Assembly: GCA_964576925.1 (NCBI GenBank)
Contig: CAZNWJ010000001.1
Coordinates: forward strand, 91,915-155,914
Length of the DNA stretch: 64,000 bases
Direction of reading: 5' to 3'
Source: an uncultured Ignavibacteria bacterium
Lineage (GTDB): Bacteria > Zixibacteria > MSB-5A5 > CAIYYT01
Shown here piece by piece: positions 18,376 through 26,240 of the stretch (the stretch's first letter is position 1; each line of letters begins with the position of its first letter). The notes beneath the pieces are model-generated. The model saw only the letters and a list, made by a program, of their open reading frames with translations. It did not search any database and had not been told where the DNA came from. The position numbers and the translations under genes were made by a program.

Positions 18376-18911
18376 AGAGTATCCAGACCTTCTCTGCCGG
18401 TGGCGGCTGATTCGCGCACGAGTCGTGCGAGCCGATCGCGCATCTTTCTGCGAGCGCGCGAGAGTCGCATCTTGATAAGTCCTTCGGATTTGCCGAAGAG
18501 GGCTGCCAATTCAGAGACCTTCCACCCTTCGACCTCAGACATGATTACAATCATTCGGTCGTCGGCACTCAGAACGGCCAGAGCCGTCGCAAGCTGGCGA
18601 CGGGCATCATAAACCGGCGCAGGGTCGGAAGTACCGGCGAGTGATTCCAGGTCGGACGCTCCCAGAAGTACCCGCTTCCACCATGGATGGCGTACGCGAT
18701 TGCGATAGGTGTTGTTAATGATGCTGTAGAGCCAGGGGCGAAACGACTCCTCGCTGCGTAAAGCGGAATACCCGTCATGAGCTTTTAAGATAGCATCCTG
18801 GTACAAGTCATCACCCTCATCGGCTGTTCCGGTTAAGCGAACACAATAGTTTCTCGCCCGCACATGTTGAGTCTCGAGCAGCTTCCAGAATTCATTTCTG
18901 ATTACATCCAC
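18372..18911 (-). CDS. RNA polymerase sigma-70 factor, ECF subfamily
   Basis: Region 2 (LYQDAILKAHDGYSALRSEESFRPWLYSIINNTYRNRV) and region 4 (VSELAALFGKSEGLIKMRLSRARRKMRD). Confidence 0.8.
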   Translation of the reverse strand: MDVIRNEFWKLLETQHVRARNYCVRLTGTADEGDDLYQDAILKAHDGYSALRSEESFRPWLYSIINNTYRNRVRHPWWKRVLLGASDLESLAGTSDPAPVYDARRQLATALAVLSADDRMIVIMSEVEGWKVSELAALFGKSEGLIKMRLSRARRKMRDRLARLVRESAATGREGLDTL

Positions 18912-19077
18912 CTATTCAAGAGACAACTTTCGGGGGCGGAAGGTAACAAGAAAATCTCGGCAGCAGCAGTTGTGCGAGCGATCAGGCTGTAAATTCTACA
19001 ATAACAACAAGTTGCATTGTGACTGTAAGTAGGGATCCGCGATTGACGTTTGGTGGATTTCGTTTTATCGTGGGTCT

Positions 19078-19344
19078 ATGCTTTACATGATTATTGAGCG
19101 GTATGCACGTGGCGGTATCGAGGCAGTTGCTGAGCGATTCCGTTTACAGGGACGGATGATGCCGGAGGGTCTGCATTACGTTGCGAGTTGGCTCGACCCG
19201 GCAGGAACGATTTGTTACCAGGTGATGGAGACCGAAGATTCGACACTACTCGATGAGTGGATAGGCAACTGGAGTGATATCGTGGAATTTGAGATCACGC
19301 CGGTTCTTCCCTCGGCGGAGTTCTGGGCTAGGCGTTCGGGTTAA
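19078..19344 (+). CDS. DUF3303 domain protein
   Basis: 88 aa, MLYMIIERYARGGIEAVAERFRLQGRMMPEGLHYVASWLDP... matches the DUF3303 family as I recall it. Possible TTGACG-17-TATCGT promoter at about 19035-19065. Confidence 0.5.
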   Translation: MLYMIIERYARGGIEAVAERFRLQGRMMPEGLHYVASWLDPAGTICYQVMETEDSTLLDEWIGNWSDIVEFEITPVLPSAEFWARRSG

Positions 19345-19411
19345 GAGCTGTCGATTGTACACCGGAGTGAGAAAGCCGATGGTGTCCGGGAGTTCTCGAA
19401 GCGAAATGAAT

Positions 19412-19441
19412 AACGCCGTCTCGCAACTGCGAGACGGCGTT
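19412..19441. terminator. Bidirectional terminator (AACGCCGTCTCGC-AACT-GCGAGACGGCGTT)
   Basis: 13-bp perfect inverted repeat between convergent DUF3303 (+) and the RRM gene (-). Confidence 0.6.
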
Positions 19442-19509
19442 CAATATCGGTCAAACTAGGCAGTTACCCTGCGAGCCGGAGGCTCGCGGAGTTGTCAACG
19501 TCGATCGAA

Positions 19510-19854
19510 TTAACGGTCGCGGCGACCACCGCCGTAACCACCGCGTCCACCGCCACCGCCGCCGGGACGACGATCGCCACCACCACCGCCGCCACCCATG
19601 CGGGGGTTGTTCTCACGCGGGCGCGCTTCGTTCACATTCAGCGTGCGGCCGAGGAATTCCTTGCCGTTCATGCCGGCAATGGCTGCCTGCGCTTCTTCTT
19701 TGGTCGCCATTTCCACGAAGCCAAATCCGCGGGGTTCGCCCGAGAACTTGTCTTTAATGATGGTGGCGCGAGCAACGTTGCCGAAGCTCGAAAAAGCGTT
19801 CTTCAGATCCTCTTCCGTGGCTTGACGTGACAGATTGCCTACGAAGATGTTCAT
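19510..19854 (-). CDS. RRM-type RNA-binding protein with glycine-rich C-terminal tail
   Basis: [27 protein letters not shown]...RGFGFVEMA (RNP-2 and RNP-1 motifs) followed by [27 protein letters not shown]. Confidence 0.85.
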   Translation of the reverse strand: MNIFVGNLSRQATEEDLKNAFSSFGNVARATIIKDKFSGEPRGFGFVEMATKEEAQAAIAGMNGKEFLGRTLNVNEARPRENNPRMGGGGGGGDRRPGGGGGGRGGYGGGRRDR

Positions 19855-20173
19855 CTCTCTCTCCTGTTTGCTCTGCCGACAGAAAGCGACGCTGGCAAGA
19901 CGCAGCCTCGCGGCAGACGTAGTTGGATGCGCACTATTGCGCTTCGTCTCCGGGAATTACTTGTGATCGGTGTTACTCTCTACTCGGACAGGTTCTACCT
20001 TAAACAATTAATGTGGGAGACTTGTGGTCACACGTAGATAGATTATCGTCCGAAACCATACCTGTCAATAGCATTTTTGTTTAATTTCTCTGCGGTTGCC
20101 GACTGGGATCAGTCGTGGCAGGGGACTCCGCGGGTGTAAAATCGCTGTGCCCGAAGCCGATAGAATGCTTCAA

Positions 20174-20983
20174 TCAGCCTTCGATGAGCTTTCGGAATGC
20201 TGCCTGGTCGTGTCCTGCGAGCGCGGTTTTCAAGGATTCCAGGAATTCCTCGACCTCATTCGCAGCTACACCGGCGGATGCAAAGTGATTGGCAGCGTCG
20301 GACGCAAATCCCAGCGGCAGTGCCACGGGCGTTTCATAGCGTGCGTTGTGGGCGATAAGCAGGTCAAGGGTGTCTACGGGACGAAAGACAAACTCCGACC
20401 AGTCAAAGTGAGTCTGCCACTTGAGCGGCAAGAGACGGATCAGGGTCTGCAAGTAGTTATCACTGAGCGCAGAGTTGTTCTCGGCGTAGAGCAGAAGTCG
20501 CTCTCCCGCAAGCATACGCGCCAGAACGGGTAAGTGGGTGTCCGGAGACACTGCCAATAGTCCCGACAGCTCCTTGAATGGGTCGGCCGGACCCTCAATG
20601 CGTAGTTCTCTGGCTTGCGAAAGTTCCTCTGACGAACCTGCACTGACAAGTTGACTAGCGACGAGCGCCAAGTTGCCAAGGATCTCCCGATGTTGAGACT
20701 CAGAGAGTATCGCCGAGTGTCTCAGCATGGCCCCCCATCTTCCCGAGAAATCCCTCCCCAGTTGACTGACCCGGGTGATCGCACAAACCGTCTCCGTTCT
20801 AGTACGATTCCAGAGAACCGTGATTGAAGACTTGAATTCCTCGCTGCGGCAGTCACCGAACTCATCGTAACTGGCAATCAGCCACTGCTCGATGTCGCTG
20901 TCGATTCCGGCTGACTTGTAAACGACTTGCTGTGAACCAGGCAGATCGGGAAAGGTGCCGTAAATCAGGTGGTCGAGGAGCAT
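20174..20983 (-). CDS. Hypothetical protein, terminal gene of T6SS-like locus
   Basis: 269 aa, no TM, no family recognised. Starts 7 nt after the stop of the GTPase-membrane gene. Confidence 0.5.
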   Translation of the reverse strand: MLLDHLIYGTFPDLPGSQQVVYKSAGIDSDIEQWLIASYDEFGDCRSEEFKSSITVLWNRTRTETVCAITRVSQLGRDFSGRWGAMLRHSAILSESQHREILGNLALVASQLVSAGSSEELSQARELRIEGPADPFKELSGLLAVSPDTHLPVLARMLAGERLLLYAENNSALSDNYLQTLIRLLPLKWQTHFDWSEFVFRPVDTLDLLIAHNARYETPVALPLGFASDAANHFASAGVAANEVEEFLESLKTALAGHDQAAFRKLIEG

Positions 20984-20989
20984 CAGAAA

Positions 20990-22882
20990 TCAGAGCTTGG
21001 GCACAGAGGGCGGTTTGGGTACATCCCCGGACTTGTACTTGACGATGATGTTATAGTCGCGGCCGAAATCGAGACGAACACCGCCAGCTTGGATCTTTGG
21101 GTAGAAGGTCTCAATCGGGTTTTCGAAGGCGGGTTGTTCGTACATTGTGACCCCGTCTTTGAGATCCAACCACTTGAAGTGAACGGGGCTATTGCCTTTA
21201 CCCGATATCTTCTGGCTGATGGTAGGTGTGCCGCTGTTGTTAGTGAACTCAGTGTACGGGTTGTCGCCGATTTGTGCGACGATTTGGGCACCGTCGCGAA
21301 TTCCAGATATCGTCAATTCGAGTTCAAACTCCTTTTCGGCCACCTCCGCTCCGCCTGATTTGAACTGATCCTGAGCGGCCTCGACTTTCTTGACAAATGC
21401 AGGATCGAGCGTTTCGGCCGGGTGTTTGGCCCAGAATTCCTGCATCCTGGCTTCGAAAGCCGCTTGCTGCTCAGCCGGCGGTAATTTGGCTACATCGTCG
21501 CTGATCTTCTTAAAGTCTTTGGTGGCAGCGTCAGTGGCTTCCTTGAAGGGGGAATCCTCGGGAACGTCCTCAACCATTGGCGGCGCATCGGCCGACACCT
21601 GGGTTTGGACGAACGCTTGGCGCGCCTTGGCATATTCGATGAGCGGCTTGGCGCCAAAGAACTCCATCACAGGGATATGTCCAAGATAGTTCTTATAGTT
21701 GTCCTTCAGGATATTCGCCTGCTTCTGGTCGATCGGCGTCGGACCGCCGCCAAAAACCTGCTCGAACTTGTCTTCGGCGCGACTCAAAGTCCCGTCATAG
21801 ATAAACACCAGGTGATATAGATTGAAAGCGCTGAAGAGCAGCATCCAGGTGATGCTCAAGCCGATGACCCACTTGGTCATTCGCCACCACACCAACTTGC
21901 GTTTGTTAAAGAGAATCCGATTGAATGACCAAATCAGAGGATCCGGTACGCCGGAAGGCGTGATCTCGCGCGGGGGCTGAACGGCACCGGCCTGAACCTT
22001 CTCCAATCCGCCGGTGGCGGAGACAAAGAAGAACTGGAAGTCGAGATTATAGGAGGTCATCGAATCGATAAGGTTAGCCAGGGTACGTGTAACGCGTTCA
22101 CAGGAGCGCGCCCAGACTTCTCCGAAGCGGCGCTGGTTAACCTCGGCCAATCCCTTGATAAACGCCGCGACGCGCTTGCCCTTGTGCATCGCCGCGTTGG
22201 CCGGGATCAGCTCCACCGGATTGGACGGCGAGAAGCCTTCGAGGAAATCGGCCTTGGTAATCACGATGCCAATCGGGACGCGCCGGGGGGCGCAGTCGCG
22301 CAAGTCGTTGATGATCGTTTGGAAGGCGGCGATTTGTTCACGAAGCAGGACGTCGGTATCGAGCACTGAGGCATCAATAAAGAACAACGCTGCACGGGCG
22401 TAGGGGAAGAAGCGGGCGAACTGCTTGCGCAAGCCGCCCGGTTCGGCGATCGAAAGGGTCTCGCCCTTGTAATCAACCGTATAGAACTTGATGCCCTTGC
22501 GGATATTCATGTCGAGACCGAACTTGAGCACGCGCGTTTCCGAGGTCATGGTCGGGAACTTGCGCTCGCCGTCAACTTCAACCTGACGGCCTTCGCGAAT
22601 CTTGATCTGTTTGCCGCGCATCAGATTGTAGTTCTCGATCAGCGCCGCGGCGGTCTCGTTATCGAGCGGCGAAAGCTTGTAGTCGGGATTGCCTTTCAGC
22701 AATTCGTAGAGCACCGAGAAATAGACAGTCTTGCCGGCATTCGAATGTCCAAAGACCAGGACGACATTGTCGTCGTGCTGAAACGGAATGTCGGCAGCGC
22801 CCTTGGCCGGAGGGGGTGTTGCCGAGGCTTTCTTGAATATGCCGAAGGCTTTCTTAATCAGTCCGATCGGATTCAAGCTCAT
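20990..22882 (-). CDS. Membrane-anchored Ras-like small GTPase domain protein with periplasmic C-terminal domain
   Basis: 630 aa. G1 VLVFGHSNAGKT, G3 DYKG, G4 ITKAD, G5 FVSATGG. Single TM WVIGLSITWMLLFSAFNLYHLVFIY around residue 330. About 280-aa C-terminal domain. Start overlaps the upstream gene stop (ATGA). Confidence 0.6.
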   Translation of the reverse strand: MSLNPIGLIKKAFGIFKKASATPPPAKGAADIPFQHDDNVVLVFGHSNAGKTVYFSVLYELLKGNPDYKLSPLDNETAAALIENYNLMRGKQIKIREGRQVEVDGERKFPTMTSETRVLKFGLDMNIRKGIKFYTVDYKGETLSIAEPGGLRKQFARFFPYARAALFFIDASVLDTDVLLREQIAAFQTIINDLRDCAPRRVPIGIVITKADFLEGFSPSNPVELIPANAAMHKGKRVAAFIKGLAEVNQRRFGEVWARSCERVTRTLANLIDSMTSYNLDFQFFFVSATGGLEKVQAGAVQPPREITPSGVPDPLIWSFNRILFNKRKLVWWRMTKWVIGLSITWMLLFSAFNLYHLVFIYDGTLSRAEDKFEQVFGGGPTPIDQKQANILKDNYKNYLGHIPVMEFFGAKPLIEYAKARQAFVQTQVSADAPPMVEDVPEDSPFKEATDAATKDFKKISDDVAKLPPAEQQAAFEARMQEFWAKHPAETLDPAFVKKVEAAQDQFKSGGAEVAEKEFELELTISGIRDGAQIVAQIGDNPYTEFTNNSGTPTISQKISGKGNSPVHFKWLDLKDGVTMYEQPAFENPIETFYPKIQAGGVRLDFGRDYNIIVKYKSGDVPKPPSVPKL

Positions 22883-23787
22883 CGCGTGCCCTCGTGCTTC
22901 TTCGCCAGAAGTTCAGCGGCTTTGTCGCGATGGACTTTCTCCCAAGGTACCCGGATATTCAAAGCCCCGTAGACAAAGGCTGCGCACAGGACCAAGTAGA
23001 CCAGATACACCGGCCAGCGATTCCGGCAGACGTGCAGGACGAACCGCCAGTTGAACACAGAGAAGATTGTATTGCCCAGCGAGCTGAAAAAGTGCTTCAG
23101 AGCGCGCAGGATCGCAGACTCACCCTTGTAGATCTCGTTGGTGCGAAGGTACCAGGCGGCAAAATCATTATGTTCGGAAATGACGCGCAGTTCATCGGTT
23201 GGCGCAAAGGAACGAATCTCGTCCTTGCGGCCGCGCTGGTTGAGCGCCGCGATGTGCAGCATTTTCTTTTGCCAGGAGTCAGAGCGAACGATGCGCGTTG
23301 CCGAGACATTGATCTGGTCGCTTTCGCGGAAGTTGACGGCGATTTGTGCCGTGCGGTGAAGGATTAATGCGCGAAAGTCCCGATCACGCTTGGCGAAGCC
23401 TCGCAGTTTGCCGCCAAAGACGAGCGGAGCGATCGCTTGTTCGACAAACTGACTGTCGTCGACGATGCCGCGCAGTTTCTTGGCCGCCAGGAATGCATTC
23501 TGACATTGTTGCGGCGGGCGACGAACATACCAAAAGTACAACGCCAGGAGATTGGCAACGACCAAGCTGACGGGCTGCGAATTGCGCGGGATCGTGTTGA
23601 TTCGCTGCTTGAGGTGCTCGTCAACGCTGACACCGCCGTCAGCCGACAGATCGAGTCGATCAAGTTCGGCGAAGAAATTCTCGCAGTCGCGGATAAAGGT
23701 ATCCGCCGAGAAGTCCGTTTGCTGACGCTCGTAACGGTTGAGTTGGACAAAAATGGCGTTGGTAAGAGCTTTGAGTTTTTCCGACAT
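22879..23787 (-). CDS. Tail-anchored membrane protein (possible TssL/DotU analogue)
   Basis: 302 aa with a soluble N-terminal ~255 aa, one C-terminal TM (VYLVYLVLCAAFVYGALNI) and a short tail. Topology like TssL, but no sequence motif confirmed. Confidence 0.45.
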   Translation of the reverse strand: MSEKLKALTNAIFVQLNRYERQQTDFSADTFIRDCENFFAELDRLDLSADGGVSVDEHLKQRINTIPRNSQPVSLVVANLLALYFWYVRRPPQQCQNAFLAAKKLRGIVDDSQFVEQAIAPLVFGGKLRGFAKRDRDFRALILHRTAQIAVNFRESDQINVSATRIVRSDSWQKKMLHIAALNQRGRKDEIRSFAPTDELRVISEHNDFAAWYLRTNEIYKGESAILRALKHFFSSLGNTIFSVFNWRFVLHVCRNRWPVYLVYLVLCAAFVYGALNIRVPWEKVHRDKAAELLAKKHEGTR

Positions 23788-23793
23788 CCCTGT

Positions 23794-25266
23794 TTACCGC
23801 GCCCTCGAAAAGATCGAGACGTGATTCATCTTCACCGCTTCCAATGCGGAGCGATCAACATCTCCGTCAATGATAATATTCAGGCGATCGAGCCGCGAGC
23901 TTTTTAGCGGAAAGTACTCATTGGGCTGAATCAGCCAGAAATCGGGATCGCTGACATCCTCGACCGGTTTGCGGGCGACCGATGCTGCAGCGATGTCGTC
24001 GACCTCATTCGCGCCAAGGTAGATGATAACGTTGGCTGCGTACTGAATCGGCAGAACCTTCTTGTGCAACTTAACAATGACATCCTCGGTGCCGCGGGGA
24101 TCGACGCCGTCAATGACGATATGGTGGCGATTATTGCGGAAAGAATACTTGACCGCACCGTGTTGTTGCAGCAGGAAGCGGAAGCCATCGCGTTCGAGCG
24201 AATCACCTGTACGACCGGCCGCTCCCGACGCATAATAGCTTAAGATGGCGCCGACGAACTCAAGCATTCGTTCCGTGTCATTGAAGAACTGCGTCATCTC
24301 TTCGTACCCGTACGAGCGAGTCTGGTAGTCGCGTAACTCGGGCAGAATATTGCCGCCATTGAGCTCGCCTCGATCAGTCTTAATGTGGGCAGTGCGCACG
24401 TATTCGCGCAATTCCGGGTAGATGAGGAAACTCTGCTGGAAACCGCCGACAAAACCGCCAAAATAATTCATCAGGGCGCGGGCGCTGATTCCGCAATGAT
24501 GGTCGAAGATCTGATTGTAATTGAAGCCGAGGCTGTGGAGGAGATTCTCGGTCTGGAGGAAGACGCCACGAATGGTCTCTTCTTCGGCCGCCGCCGGCCG
24601 GCTCTTCACCTTCATCCTCACTTCGGCGATTGCCGCAACCCCGGCGCGTTGGATATTGTCCAATAGCTTGCGAATGTTAGCCATGCGCGAGGTAACTGCC
24701 TTGCCGCAACTCGTCGTCATGACGCTCGGGACAAACGACTCGTCAAGTCGTACATCGTCGCCCTCACGCACGATTTCAGCCACCTGAAGTCCCGCCGCCG
24801 AACCGACGGAATCGGACGCACCGGCACTTAGAAAGTAGCGGGGTACCTGATAGGGCAGGCGGCTTAAGAGTTCTCCCGGCAGTGGGTCGCCAAAGGCAGT
24901 GCGTTCGGTCGGGGAGGAATACAGAAAAATCGGAATTCTCTCACGCTTTTCCTTGGACAAGTCAAAGCTGAGCTCGACGGCCTTGAACTTGCTGTAAGCT
25001 TCATTGACGTTAACGATCGAGCCATTGGGAAGCAAGGCGGCGCACTTGAGTACCGTCACGCTAACGGTGTTGCCGCTGCGCTGAAGCTTGATCTCCAACG
25101 GTTCACTCTTGCTGCCGGCAGCTTTCACCAACCCGTAGCTGGTCGCGAGTGCGGACGCTGTCGCGCGGCTCAGGTTATAGGTGAAGTCAGCTTCCTGGCT
25201 GAAGTGACGGCTGGTAATCAGCATGCCGTCGACCCAATTAACACCCCAGACGTTTAAATCATCCAT
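23794..25266 (-). CDS. tssK: T6SS baseplate protein TssK-like
   Basis: N-terminus MDDLNVWGVNWVDGMLITSRHFSQ parallels the canonical TssK opening (V.W.EGM.L.PQHFQQ). 490 aa is the typical size. Immediately downstream of tssE-F-G. Confidence 0.6.
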   Translation of the reverse strand: MDDLNVWGVNWVDGMLITSRHFSQEADFTYNLSRATASALATSYGLVKAAGSKSEPLEIKLQRSGNTVSVTVLKCAALLPNGSIVNVNEAYSKFKAVELSFDLSKEKRERIPIFLYSSPTERTAFGDPLPGELLSRLPYQVPRYFLSAGASDSVGSAAGLQVAEIVREGDDVRLDESFVPSVMTTSCGKAVTSRMANIRKLLDNIQRAGVAAIAEVRMKVKSRPAAAEEETIRGVFLQTENLLHSLGFNYNQIFDHHCGISARALMNYFGGFVGGFQQSFLIYPELREYVRTAHIKTDRGELNGGNILPELRDYQTRSYGYEEMTQFFNDTERMLEFVGAILSYYASGAAGRTGDSLERDGFRFLLQQHGAVKYSFRNNRHHIVIDGVDPRGTEDVIVKLHKKVLPIQYAANVIIYLGANEVDDIAAASVARKPVEDVSDPDFWLIQPNEYFPLKSSRLDRLNIIIDGDVDRSALEAVKMNHVSIFSRAR

Positions 25267-25307
25267 GTATCAGACCCATACAGAAAATGTGAAAGCAATA
25301 TACCCCG

Positions 25308-26240
25308 CTAAAATGTCTCCCGCAAGTATGTTGAGAAACCGAGAAACGCGCTGTGCGAGTCATCGCCTATGACAAATATCGACAAACCGGGTTGAAATCG
25401 AAACCTAAGTTCGGAGCGCAAGTGTGAGGGCCGAAACAGCGTCAGCAAGTTGTTTGTGATCGTGCGCAAGCGCCCTTCGGGAGCAAATGAGGCAATATCG
25501 TCCTCGAAGAGGCCCTCGACGTTGACGCGAAAGGTTGAGAAGTTCTCTTCAAACTCCTGACCGGGAAAGAAGTCGCGTCCCAGCCGACTATTGAGCTTCC
25601 CCAGCCGGGGCCAGAAGTTATCGGGGATCGCTTCGTGCGCTGCGATGTTTTCTTCAACCGTAACGCGCTTGCCAAGGAACGCCGGCAAGACCTGCTCATA
25701 TAAGAGACGACGGCCGAGGAAGTACGGCGCAAAGAACCGCAGCAATAGCAGGTACTTGCGATCCTCCCGCGCCAGAGTCGGCAGGTCGCCCCCCAGGCTT
25801 TCCCAATAAAGCAATTCGGTATCGTTATCGTCGATGCAAAAAAGCATCCGTAGGCGAAGGAGGTAGTGGGCAATCCAATGGCGATAAGTGATCGTATCGA
25901 AGGCGCTCCAGAATTCGAGATAGCGATCCTCCCAGACTCCGGGGTGATGGTCCGATTCTTCCAGTTGCTCAACGAAGAACGACTGTGGAAAGTAGTTCTT
26001 AAAACACGGAAGGTAGGCGAAGACTACGCGCTCATCGCGTCGATCGACCCGAGACGTCACCGTGCGGATCGTCTCAATATCCGAGAAAAACCCGCCGTGG
26101 GCTTCAAGGCTTACGAACCAGAACTCGCTTGGCTCGATGCCCAGGGTATGAAGCAGCAAGCTGAATTCGGAGAGCCGGGTACGCTCGCGAATGCGATGCA
26201 CGGAAGTGATTTGCCCGGTCTTCATTGGCTCGCCGCCCAC
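25308..26240 (-). CDS. tssG: T6SS baseplate protein TssG-like
   Basis: 310 aa. Position and size after tssF, overlapping its 3' end. Weak N-terminal resemblance to TssG. Assignment mainly by synteny. Confidence 0.5.
   Translation of the reverse strand: MGGEPMKTGQITSVHRIRERTRLSEFSLLLHTLGIEPSEFWFVSLEAHGGFFSDIETIRTVTSRVDRRDERVVFAYLPCFKNYFPQSFFVEQLEESDHHPGVWEDRYLEFWSAFDTITYRHWIAHYLLRLRMLFCIDDNDTELLYWESLGGDLPTLAREDRKYLLLLRFFAPYFLGRRLLYEQVLPAFLGKRVTVEENIAAHEAIPDNFWPRLGKLNSRLGRDFFPGQEFEENFSTFRVNVEGLFEDDIASFAPEGRLRTITNNLLTLFRPSHLRSELRFRFQPGLSIFVIGDDSHSAFLGFSTYLRETF

Noticed and set aside
19492-19830. 112-aa plus-strand ORF ([25 protein letters not shown]...) opposite the RRM gene
   Set aside because: Low-complexity antisense translation of the GGY/GGR-encoding repeat. 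The RRM gene on the minus strand is clearly real.
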